A stretch of DNA of 64,000 nt from Azolla caroliniana (taxonomy: Eukaryota > Plantae > Polypodiophyta): assembly GCA_043228905.1 (NCBI GenBank), contig JBHGNT010000008.1, forward strand, positions 13,950,001-14,014,000, in the 5' to 3' direction. Position numbers and translations under genes: made by a program. How positions within the stretch are numbered: position 1 is the first letter of the stretch; every line of letters starts with the position of its first letter. Of the stretch, positions 38,001 through 49,632 are shown one piece after another. A model generated the notes under the pieces. The model saw only the letters and a program-made list of their open reading frames with translations. It ran no database searches and was not told the origin of the DNA.

Positions 38001-41000
38001 TGAAGAAGAACCTGTGTATGCGCATATGCAAGATAGACAGAGAGAGAGAGAGAGAAAGAGATAGGCACAAAACAAATCGTTATATTCCAATAGCAATAGT
38101 TACAAAGAATGACAACCGACAACAACCTTAACTAAAGGTTACAAAGTCACTTTATATAGTGACTATCTTAGGGCAACTACCCTTTATGCTATTTACAGAA
38201 ATAGCCCAAACTTGGGCTGTCTGAAGGGACAATGTGAATACGGCCATTATACACTCATATTCGACACCCTAACTGGCCGAACAACTCTTCGACTTCTCGC
38301 ACATCTAGCTCCCCTTGATCTGCCACAATCTTCCCTATGCATCTGTATCCACAAATCACCTCTTCGACCAGGAACCAGCATACGATCGCGGTCATCTAGT
38401 TTTGCAGTGCCCGACCCTCCACTTGGTTCGCCAGATCTTGTCGTGCTAGCACCAGGTATCTCATTTGCCCCACCCCCATCGGCATCATTACTAAATCCAC
38501 CATCCATTTGAAATGTGCGGTCAGTGGGTAGGTCGGGTGCAACTCGTCCCTATGCCGAATTGCCGAGTGGATTTTACAACTCTTGCAGGTTGTCATGAAA
38601 TTGTGCACATCACGGTACATTCCCAACCACCAATACTTCTCCTTCAACTTCTCGAATGTGGCCCACGTCCCACGGTGTCCGGACCAAGGGTTCCCATGGT
38701 ACTCTGACAGTAGCGTCATCTACTCTTCTCTTCTTATCACTATGCAGAGCAGAATGTCGTTACGCTTCTTTGGGTGCTTCCATATACTCCCATTCCGTAA
38801 GAATAAACGATATACCTTCTTCCGGATTCGGCTCGCTTCGTCCTTCATCTACACCCCGTTTGGTGTCAACATCCTCAAGAATCTACCGATCCAGAGCCAC
38901 TTCCCATCGTACTCGTTCTCGTTAAACTCATTTAGCACCGGACTGCTCCTCCCCTTTGCCGTCAATTGAGCTAACTCAAAGAAGTCTATGCCAACTTCTT
39001 CATCTTCCGATACCATGTCGTCTTTGTCGTCAAACCGCGCTCTCGAGAGCATATCGGCCATGGCGTTGTCTTTCCTGGAGAGGTGCCGTATCTCCGGATT
39101 GAGGGACTTACTGTACATGATCCACCTGAGCATAGCTAGGTACGGGGTTGCGCATCCGGAAACCATACCGAGGATTGGTAAGCAGTCTGTCTCGATTACT
39201 ACCTTTGCCCTGATGAAATAATCTTTAGGCCTTGACCGCCGAAACGATTCCCCAGAGTTCGCGCTTAACTTGGGCATACCCTCGCTGTCTCTCACTCAAT
39301 ACTTTCGCTCGGAATCGGATGGGGAACCTCGTGTCGTCCGCCTCTTCCTGATTGACCACCCATCTAATTCCGGTCGAGTCCACCGTCACGTAAACCAGGG
39401 TACCCTTCCCATAAACTGCCTTCCGAAGAGTCGTTGTTGCAGTCAGCGCTTCCTTCAGCCTCTAGACCAATTCTGTGTGCTTGTCTTTCCATTCAAACCT
39501 ACGGCCCTTCTTCAACAGTCTGTAGAGAGACTCTGCAACGTGTGTGTAATGCGGAATCCAAATGTGGTAAAACGCACATTCCCTTCCGTGACCGACTTGC
39601 ATTCCTCCTTCATCACAGAGATGGCCTCTACCTTCCCTGGAGACGGTTTCCGGCCGTATGCCCCGCACAAGTGCCCAACCACCAAGATTTCGGATTGCCC
39701 GAAAGTTGACTTCTCTTCGGAGAAGGTGAGCCAAGCACCATCGACCCTCTGTAGTACCTTCTCGCAGTCTTTGATATGATCCGCCACAAAACTTCGGCAT
39801 TCGTTCGGCTAGACCGATTCATCCCTCTCCTCCACCGAACATCCCTTGATCGGGATGTCATCCAAAAACGGCATGGTGATGTATGGGATGCAGTCCCTCA
39901 GTACCTTGTTCATCGCGTTCACCATGTGCACGACTGAGTTGGTCTCTCCTTGGGGAAGGGTACACATCCACACTAAGCCGAGAGGGGTTCGCATCATCGT
40001 GATATCCCTACTCTCTACGGCTAGTTGGAACTGATCGTACCCCGAGTACAAGTCGCCAACCAAATAGATTGACCTTCCAGCGAAGGTCTCCGCGAACTCA
40101 TCAATAGTCGGCCTGATCCCTGCATTCCAAATGGGCACTTTATTGACTGGCTGTAGTTCCTGAATGAAGTGCAAGGTGCCGTTCTTTTTTGGCACCGTAA
40201 ACCACCGATTCAAATATGGGGCACTCGATGGCTCGAGAATGCCCATCTCCACCTTCTGCTTCAGTAGCTCCATCAACTTCGGGATGTGAGCTCTCGGCAC
40301 CAGGATCGGCGTGAGATTCCACGGCACATGTGGTAGCTTGAAGATAACCATTGGCTCTACGATCGTCGGGTCGACGCACCTGATCTCCTTCGGCGAGAAT
40401 GCGAAGGCTTTCTCGTGCCTTCCGAGCAACCTCCGAAACCGGTCCTCTTCCGCTGGCAGTAGGAAGCCACCCCCACTGATCTTCAACTCTCGTAGTGTCT
40501 CGTCGGTGAACTCGTGCCCTATGCCAGCCGGATTCCGCAAGCTCGGGTCTGATGTTGTCGTGGTAATCCGCACGCGTGTGTTAGATCCAGGGCAGGACCA
40601 TAGGGGTCTTGGACCAAAGAGAGACGGCGCATGGAAGGTCGAGCTTCACTGTTTCCCGCGACCGGTTAGGATACCAACCAGAGCGTTTCCGGATACGTAC
40701 CAGGAGCAACCGAATGAGAGAGGGAAAAGGACGCGCACGCAACACTGACTAGATGTTGGCATCCTCTGTACAGAAACCAGAAAGAAGGAACTCCAAAGTC
40801 ACAGACACAAACATAGATGCACAAAACCTCACCTTGAGTCCATAACCTTGTACTTGGAATCAACTTGGGTCGTCTTCCCCGACCCAATCATCTCTCCGAA
40901 ATCCGCGATGACTTCGTACATTTCCACTAAATTGACCAGAATTACCCAGTCTTCGCTTAGGCCTTCATCGGCTATCCTTCTGATATCTCCAAGGGTGTCG

Positions 41001-41307
41001 TCGAATGAGACCGCCTCCACGACACTACTAATCTCGTCGTCGGGGCTAAGGGCACCGCACACCCTTAAACACTCTTCGACCTGCTTCTTTTCCCGACCGT
41101 TGATGCTGGTTATAGTGTAAACTCCACTGTCGGAGAACCAAAAATTCCTACCTATGGTACATGTGTGGGGTTTCTTAGGGGTGCCCGAGCTACCAAGGCT
41201 CCACACCTTGATAGCCCTCTTTAAAAATCCTCTCGGCCATTGCTGCAAAGAGATTCGCGATTACGCCGGTGGTTAGGACGAACCGTCAGGAATTGGACGG
41301 AGTGACG

Positions 41308-41941
41308 TGTTGGGATTACGGTCCCTCCGGATGGGATGGTCAGATGTCCGGGAATCGGGAATGAAGACCCGAATGAGGAGTACCCGGTATCGGAACCGGA
41401 TGATGAAGACCCGGTTTCGGATCCGGATGATGAAGACCCCGGCTACGGAGCCGGATGACGAATGTACCCGGAGAGAGATCCGGATGCGGAGACATATTTG
41501 TGAATATGTTTGCCAAGGGCCCTCGAGGCTATATTTTTGTAAATAGCCCGAAAGTCATATGTGTATAAATATGACTTAGGGCAAACAGTTTTGTTGTTGT
41601 TGCTCATTTTTCTGTTTTCCACTTAGAGTGAGCGAAGTGAGAGCAGCCGAGAGAGAGAGTGAGAGAGAGAAAGGAAGAGGTCGACGCCTCTGTGTAATAT
41701 CGCCGCCTGTGGCGAGGACAGCGAGCTCAAGGTCGTAGCCTTGCAGCTCGCCATTGTACATTCCCTGCGTATAGTGATAGTTGGAGTCTTGCACTCCCGT
41801 GGTTTTTCCCGTCTAGGGTTTTCCACGCTAAATCCTGTGCATTCGAGTCTCTCTCTGTGTTTTCGATTTACTGCTGCATTGATTCGTGTTTCCTCGGTTG
41901 TGGCCGAGAGGTGAAGGTTTTGAAAGCGTCAATTTCTAACA
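41308..41941 (+). mobile_element. Solo LTR of the young Copia family
   Basis: TGTTGGGATTACGGTCCCTCCGGATGGG...CTAACA flanked by TSD TGACG (41303-41307, 41942-41946). Homologous to the LTRs at 26699 and 53778. No PBS or PPT adjacent. Confidence 0.92.
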
Positions 41942-44525
41942 TGACGCACGTCCTTGCTCTTCACCCGTGCATACGCCAAACCGTTGTCCAACACTTTAGT
42001 CACTATGCGGGCCGTTGTAATGTATGGTTCGCCAAGAATCACCGGGTGTGAGGAAGCCTCCTGCACAAAAAAGTGTTGATCAATCTCGACATTGCCAATC
42101 TTTACTCGTACGTTCGGGCACGCCCTGTGCAGTTCCTCTGTAGCGCACGTATCTTCCACCCGTGCTTGGTGTTGATCGGCTATTTTCCCTTCTTGTAGAA
42201 ATCCATGGACACTAGGTTGATTTTGGATCCATGGTCTATCAGGGCCACCACTGGTTCCTGGAGGTTCCTAATCCAAACGGGGGTCTCCTTAGTCACTCTT
42301 GCCCAATGCGGCTTCAAGTAATGCCTCTCTGCCAAATCGTCTTCTACTGTCGCGTCGTCTAGGTGCGCCGTTCGCACCTCCAGGGGCTTTTCCGGCTCCA
42401 GCTCTGTCGTGAGCCTCTTGCACTTCACCAAGTCCACGATGGAATCGAGGAACTCCTTCTTGGCAATCCCTAGTGCTTCCCGAAGAGACATCTCCACCCG
42501 GCTATTAAGGATCCGTTATTTGAGGATGTGAAATATTACGCGTGGAAGCTATACGAAACACAGAATACTAATAGAGAAAAACAGGTTTAATGGAGAGCTT
42601 AAGACACAATGTATGTGGGAGAGACAAAGAGGGAAAAACACAGAAAAAACTAAATTCGAATAATGTGTAAAATTCTATACATAGGATGTGCATAGGGAGC
42701 ACTTTTATACAAGTCCATACGGACTGACAGAAGTACTAACACGTACTTCAATGCTCATAACTGAGCTCCTACTATAACTCCCAAATATATTCCGCACCGA
42801 TTCGGCCTCTTGTTGCGCACCGGTTTACGCACTAATCTAGTCAATGTTGAGCTTGTAACTCAACACTCCCCCTTAATCTCAACTTGAGGCTCTTCCAGTC
42901 CTACGCTCTGGTTTCTGTTGACTAAATACGCCTCACTCGGGCTCCTTGACCCGTTCTATTTTGCGCGCCTCGACCCTTACGGTCAACTTGTCTGCTCGTG
43001 CGGCCTTTTCCAGCTCCCTTGTTGTCACGGTATTGGCGCCTCTTCTATTGCCCTTTCTTTTGCTTGGCCTTCAGTTGATTTAGCATCTCCGAATCAAACA
43101 TTCGAGCCAAATCAGCTGCCTCTGATTCGTCTCCGCTTTTATCCGAATTGGTTGTCTCCAATTTGTCGTCAATCTTGGTCTTCTCGCCCTTGTTGGCTTC
43201 ATCTCCCCCATGCCTGGCTGGCTCCGACTCTTTCTTTCGGTTGTTGCCCTCTCATCCACTTCTGGACTCATCCGCAGATCCGCCTTCAACTTCTTTAGCC
43301 GACACTAAATCAAATTTGTCATCCGATTTGGTGTCGCGGTCACTTCCGCTCCTTTCCTGCTCCTTGCTACGGTCATGCGGGACTTTCCCCCCCCTCAAGT
43401 TCAGCACGTCGAGGTGCCACAACCCAAGCACACCCGAGGGGCTTGGTGAAAATGTCGGCGTGTTGCCGATTCGTCGGAACATACTGAAGTTCGACTTCAC
43501 CAGAGAGGACATGCTCGCGGACAAAGTGGTAGTGCACCTCAATGTGCTTAGTTCGGGCGTGGAAGACGGGGTTCTTCGCAAGTTGGATGCTGTTGAGGTT
43601 GTCGCAGTAGATTGTCGTCGGATCGGACACCTCCACCTGAAGATCCTTAAGTAGCCGCTTCAGCCATATGGCTTCGCATGTTACTACAGCCGCTCCTCGA
43701 TACTCGGCTTCTGTGCTCGACAGTGTAACTGTCAATTGCTTCTTACTACTCCATGCGATCGTGGAGCTCCCAAGGGAGAACACGAATCCGGATGTGGATC
43801 GGCGATCACCGGCGTTTCCGGCCCAGTCGGCATCTGTATAGTCGACTAGCTGTGCGACAATACCAATCCAATATAGTAGCCCCCGGTTCTTAGTGCCACT
43901 AACGTACCGTAGTATGCGTTGCGCGCGTTGAAGGTGCTCCTTCGTTGACCGCGACATGAACTGACTAATCAAGACGACCGGGTAACTGAGGTCCGGTCGA
44001 GTGATAGTCAAGTATATGAGGCTTCCGACATTCTGTTGGAACCTTTTTGGGTCACAGTCCTTTTCGGAGTCGGGGCGAAGCTTCACGGTTCTGTCGAAAG
44101 GAGTTGACATGGACTTACAATCCACCATCCCGAACTTGAAGAGCGTACTCAACACATAAGGGTGAAAGCATGCGAGTGGAAACAATTAGCTATGTCCTTG
44201 ACATAGCTAATTAGCTATGCAAAAAGCTACCATTGATAAATAGTCATTTTAGTAAAAAGCCATCATTAATAAATTAACTATGCAAAAAACTACCATTGAA
44301 AATACTAGAGTGTTTTAATTACATATGTAAATGAGTGCCATAAATGTGCAACATAAACGTGCAACATAAATTGATATGTGCACCATAAATGTGTACCATA
44401 AATTATATATCGAATTCCTAGGTCCATTATGCATGATCCTTTGCCACATCACGTAGGCCATCTCTAGTTGACTATTGTGGGTTAGTTGCTACCACTGTTG
44501 CTAAACCCTATCGAGTCCACCTACC

Positions 44526-45052
44526 GCCACTCTACACTCAGGGGCCGCGACTGTGCGTTCCAAGCATCATCAAAGAGCTGTTCAATCTGACGAAGTTCTC
44601 TTCTTTGTGCCACTCTACACTCAGAGGCCGCTACTGTGCGTTCCAAGCATCATCAAAGAGTTGTTCAATCTGACGGGATTCTCTTCTCTGTGCCACTCTA
44701 CACTCAGGGGCCGCTATTGTGCGTTCCAAGCATCATCAAAGAGTTGTTCAATCTGACGTGGTTCTCTTCTCTGTGCCACTCTACACTCAGGGGCCGCTAT
44801 TGTGCGTTGCAAGAATCATCAAAGAACTGTTCAATCTGATGGGGTTCTCTTCTCTGTGCCCACTCTACACTCAGGGGCCGCTATTGTGCGTTCCAAGCAT
44901 CATCAAAGAGCTATTCAATCTGACGGGGTTCTCTTCTCTGTGCCACTCTACACTGAGGGGCCGCTACTGTGCGTTCCAAGCATCATCAAAGAGCTGTTCA
45001 ATCTAACGGGGTTCTCTTCTCTGTGCCACTCTACACTCAGGGGCCGCTACTG
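44526..45052 (+). repeat. 83-bp tandem array (~6.3 copies) in the left subterminal region of the DNA transposon
   Basis: Unit GCCACTCTACACTCAGGGGCCGCTACTGTGCGTTCCAAGCATCATCAAAGAGCTGTTCAATCTGACGGGGTTCTCTTCTCTGT. The staggered ORFs starting at 44553, 44636, 44719 and 44802 show the 83-bp period. Confidence 0.95.
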
Positions 45053-45345
45053 TCTAGTCCTGGATTGCTTCCACATTTCGATTTGACAGAGTTCACTCAT
45101 CCAACGACAACATTCTACACTCAGTTGTCGCCATTGGTAGGTCCTGGATCGCCTCCTCAACTGTTCGAGCCAACGGAGTGAACTCCTCTACTATTCGGTC
45201 TTGGATTGCAATAACTTTTCTGTCTATTGATTATCTTGTGTATTGTTGTGTCTAATCTTGTGTATTGTGGAATATTTTTGTGTATTGTTGTTGCCCATAG
45301 CCATCTTAAATACTTGTTTTTTTTCTGGAAATTTAGGGTTTTAAT

Positions 45346-48300
45346 ATGTCCAGCCAAATGGAAGGGGAAGAAGGGTGTTTAGAATTACCCTTGAATATTC
45401 ATAAGGATAGGGATGATGCTATCAGGACACAACAAGCCATACGAAACTATTGGGCAGAAAAAAAAGGAAACATCGTCAATTGTTGAAGGATATGAAAGCC
45501 ACACTCAGTAAAGGTAAGGATAGTTTAGCTGAGAATGTAAATAATGCGACTACCATCATAGAGAGAAAGGTTGTAGACTATTTCAATGTTCAAACCAAGC
45601 ACATCAGCAATGAAGAAAAGAAGGTAGTACTTTATGGAATATGTAATGATCCATCGATAAAGGACTTAGTTGATTGTGATGGTCTTAATGCAAACATATC
45701 ATTTGTTTTAGTAAATAATCTTCGTAATAGTTTCGTATCCATGAGCAGGTCAGAAGATGATCTTGTCTTAAAAAGGTCTAGTCTAATGATGTTACTTAAT
45801 AGTGATGTTGACGATATAAACATTAGTGAGCTATCTAAGGTAATTGGTGTTAGTAGAAAAACAGTGTACAATACAATGAATTGTATAATTTCCTCGGGTG
45901 AAGGAACTAGTCTACTAAAGCTAACTACAAGATGTAAGCCAATGACACCCATAACATTTGAAATCAAGGATGTAATCACAATGTTTTGGACTAAGAGTAG
46001 GGTTTCACCTAATAAAAAGGATTTATGCAGGAAATGTGTTGGAAGAAATCAATACGAGGAGCATCCCATTCATCTTCTTGATGTACCTCAGGTATTTACA
46101 TTTATCTCAACATTTGTTTTGACTCTACACAGAAAGTTAATTAGCTCAATTAGCAGAAAAACTAATTAGCTTATCAGTTACATTTACCTCAATTAGCTAC
46201 TAGGATAACTACTACATAGGTAACTGGCTACTCTCAATAGCTACTACCATGATAGCTAATTAGCTATTCTCAATAGCTAATTTAGTTACTACCAGATAAT
46301 TAGCTACCAAAATAGCTAACTAGCTACCATGACAACTAATTAGCTACTAGGATAGCTAATTTCGTTATTACCAGCTAATTAGCTACTAGGAAAGCGAATT
46401 AGCTACCATGATAGCTAATTAGCTACTAGGACAACTAATTAGCCACCATGATAGCTAATTAGCTACTAGACCAGCTAATTAGCCACCATGATAGCTAATT
46501 AGCTACTAGACCAGCTAATTAGCTACCATGACAGCTAATTAGCTACTAGGACAACTAATTAGCTACCATGACAACTAATTAGCTACTAGGACATCTAATT
46601 AGCTACCATGATAGCTAATTAGCTACTAGGACAGCTAATTAGCTACCATGATAGCTAAATAGCTACTAAAATAGCTCATTAGCTACTACGATAGCTAATT
46701 AGCTACCATGATAGCTAAATAGCTACTAGAATAGCTAATTAGCTACTAGGACAGCTAATTAGCTACCATGATAGCTAATTAGCTACTAGGACATCTAATT
46801 GGCTACCATGACAACTAATTAGCTACTAGAATAGCTAATGAGCTACTAGAATAGATAATTAGCTACTAGGACATCCAATTAGCTACCATGACAACTAATT
46901 AGCTACTAGAATAGCTAATGAGCTACTAGAATAGCTAATGAGCTACTAGAAGAGATAATTAGCTACTAGGACATCCAATTAGCTACCATGACAACTAATT
47001 AGCTACTAGAATAGCTAATTAGCTACTAGAATAGCTAATTAGCTACCATGATAGCTAATTAGCTACTAGAACAGCTCATTAGCTACCATGATAACTAATT
47101 AGCTACTAGGATATCTAATTAGCTACTAGGACAGCTAATTAGCTACCATGATAGCTAATTAGCTACTAGGATATCTAATTAGCTACTAGGATAGCTAATT
47201 AGCTACCATGATACCTAATTAGCTACCATGATAGCTAATTAGCTACTAGGATAGCTAATTAGCTACTAGAATAGCTAATAAGCTACTAGAACAACTAATT
47301 AGCTACTAGAATACCATGATAGCTAACTAGCTACTAGAATAGCTAATAAGCTACTAGAACAGCTAATTAGCTACTAGAACAGCTAATTAGCTACTAGAAC
47401 AGCTAATTAGCTACTAGGATAGTTAGCTAGTTACAAGAATAACTAATTCCCCTTTATTACGCAGGTCGATTTATTTATTAGGTTCAAACGAATGCATCCA
47501 AATATCAAAGTTCAACTACGAACATTCGAGTCTCTTAAGCCACACTTTGTGAGACGCTTAAAGGATCGATACACATGTTGTTGCATTTACCATGTACAGA
47601 TGGGTTTTCTGAAGGACTCTGTTAATTGACCATGTCACCATAACGCATCCCTAACTAATACAGTTTGCACATGTGGGTGCCCAATCTGTCGATCAAGCCC
47701 GCAAGAGGAGTGTAAATGATCTAAGCACATTATCTCTTCCATGAGTTATTTATTAGATTCAATATTGTGTCCGAGAGAAACTAACGCTATCTTCCATATT
47801 CATAAATGTGTCATGGGTTTATGTCAAGATTGTGGCCCTACTAGATTTAGGTGGTGTCCAAATTAATTGAGTAGTGAAATATTGATCTCTGTGAAGTTAT
47901 TTGAGTTAGTGAACACCAATTTTGAAGGAAAGGTGTGTAAAAGAAAGGATCTAGTTCGGAAGATGCTTAAACCAAGGGATTTGGTGTCTCTGTTTGTAGT
48001 ATCTCTAGGAAAGTTCATTAAACACAACTTCCTTTATTCATGGCAGGCCCATCAGTTTAAGACTTGCATATCTGATTTCCCAAATGATGTAGTAGTCTCA
48101 GTAGTAGATTTCGCATAAAATTATACTTTCAAGCAGCAGAATGAAATTCAATCTATGCATTGGTGTTCAATTCAGGTAACCATTTTTGTGCACATAACAT
48201 ATTTTCGAGTTTCGGGTGATGTTAAAAAAGTAATTCATTTCTTTATTTCTGATGATAAGAAGCATGATACCTTGTTCGTCCAACATTGTTTTAAGTTACA

Positions 48301-49305
48301 TTGGCAATGGTTATTAGCTCAACGTTTGGAGCTTACTCAACATTGGGTCTGGTCTGACGGAGCTGCGTCACAATTCAAGGCTCGACGTCCATTTTATTTT
48401 GTGGGGAGGTATCCTGGTATAACAGGTTTGGAGATGAGATGGATTTTTTTGGGTCTGGCCATGGTAAAGGTGAACATGATGGTGCAGGGGTTATTATAAA
48501 GCGGGCACTTACCCATGAACAACTAAAGACAAATGGTGTGCACATGAATTGTGCATCACATGTAGTTGAATTTTTAAGAACAAATATGTCAACGAGTGCA
48601 ACAGGTGTTTATTCCTCGCAAGTCCGAGATATCAAACGTGAATTTTGGGAAGTGAAGATAGATGAAGTAAATAGGGAGAAGACCTGGGAGTGCCAAGGAA
48701 TTCCCGAATTGCAATCTCTGCATGCTGTTCGCGGTTATTCCAGGTTGGATGGTCATTGTATTGCGGTTAGAGAATTGACTTGTTTTTGCTTCCATTGTGT
48801 GCAAGGAAATTGGAGATATTGTCTAAACAAAGCATACATTCAGAATTGGGAGTATCACATTCTGAATGATAAGGAAGCAGTTGATGGAGAAACAGGGCAG
48901 AATGTTGATTTCACATATGAGGGACTTGGAGATACTTTGAGTAATGTCCTGAACGTTGGGGATAACTTCGCTGTAAATGTTGAAGAAGACAATTAAGAGG
49001 GTGCTGATTTCTATATATTGAAGTGCACGGTTAGTAAACAGTGTGCAAGGCAGAATATTGTAGAGGCATGGGGAAATTTTGTATCTGCCGGGACATTCTA
49101 CATCAAAGGCATTTTTTATGCAAAACTAGATGACTACGAATATGTGTACAGGCTGTTAGAAGACAAACCATCGGTGTACATGTACTCTCATTTGGTCAAG
49201 TGCATCAATGTCCCAATGTCAGAATACAATAGCTGCTCAAGTTTATACACTGTTGGTGCTAATGTGTATGAATGTATTTACAATAGTATGCCATGGAATT
49301 TGTAG
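45346..49305 (+). pseudogene. Sola2-type DDD transposase, two exons (~45346-46091 and 47465-49305), with stops and frameshifts
   Basis: A phase-0 GT-AG intron at 46092-47464 joins HLLDVPQ|VDLFIRFKRMHPNIKVQLRTFESLKPHFVR. This is followed by a Cys/His cluster (TCCCIYH..CTCGCPIC..ILCP..CVMGLCQDCG), then VVDFA*NYTFKQQNEIQSMHW, ISDDKKHD, WSDGAASQFK and FFGSGHGKGEHDGAG..IKR. Frameshifts fall in the A-run ~45458 and the T-run ~48445. Confidence 0.85.
46170..47447. repeat. Satellite array built on the palindrome TAGCTAATTAGCTA (~20-bp period) filling the transposase intron
   Basis: Alternating units such as ATAGCTAATTAGCTACTAGG and ACAGCTAATTAGCTACCATG, repeated for ~1.3 kb between the splice donor (46092) and acceptor (47464). 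Confidence 0.95.
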
Positions 49306-49632
49306 CTACAAGTAGCAATTACCATGTTCTCTTGTAAAACAAACATGTATTTCGCGAAAACAGTTAAATAAATTTGTTTGAGAATCAATTTCTTGTATAC
49401 AGTCTGCTTTCTGTGCTTCTTTCTCAATAAAATCATGTCTTTTTGTTAAGTTTTAAGTTATAAGTTATAGCGAAATAGTCATCAGTAGCTAATTAGCTGT
49501 CAATAACTAAATAGTCATCAATAGCATGAAATCAACAATCTGCAACATATTCCTCAAATTACACAGTAGATAAGTACAGTGGGAACAAGTAATTAAATTC
49601 TTCATTGAATAATGTCATCTCTTTACATATTT

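Larger units (their letters stand above)
21558..38266 (-). mobile_element. Full-length decayed Ty1/Copia retrotransposon, interrupted by a chromovirus
   Basis: Near-identical ~310-bp LTRs at 21558-21868 and 37954-38266. TSD CCCTA (21553-21557, 38267-38271). PBS (reverse complement of CTCTGATACCA) at 37941-37951. gag from ATG 37319, knuckle CNYCKKSGHIKADC, WLLDSGAS, integrase 35349-36173, RT and RNase H 22063-23756. Confidence 0.93.
21380..42520 (-). mobile_element. Decayed non-chromoviral Ty3/Gypsy pol region hosting several nested insertions
   Basis: Protease ALIDHGSKINL (42180-42497), RT (39809-40573; RWFTVPKKNGTLHFIQEL, PFLDDIPIKG), RNase H (38849-39430), integrase (HRGTWATFEK, FKWMVDLVMMP, 38272-38850). 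The integrase continues on the other side of the Copia TSD at 21380-21557 (TYNPEVNWKVERKHGP). No LTRs visible. Confidence 0.85.

Noticed and set aside
44526-45052. CRISPR-like array (regular repeats)
   Set aside because: Units are contiguous head-to-tail 83-mers with no unique spacers, there are no cas genes, and the context is eukaryotic.
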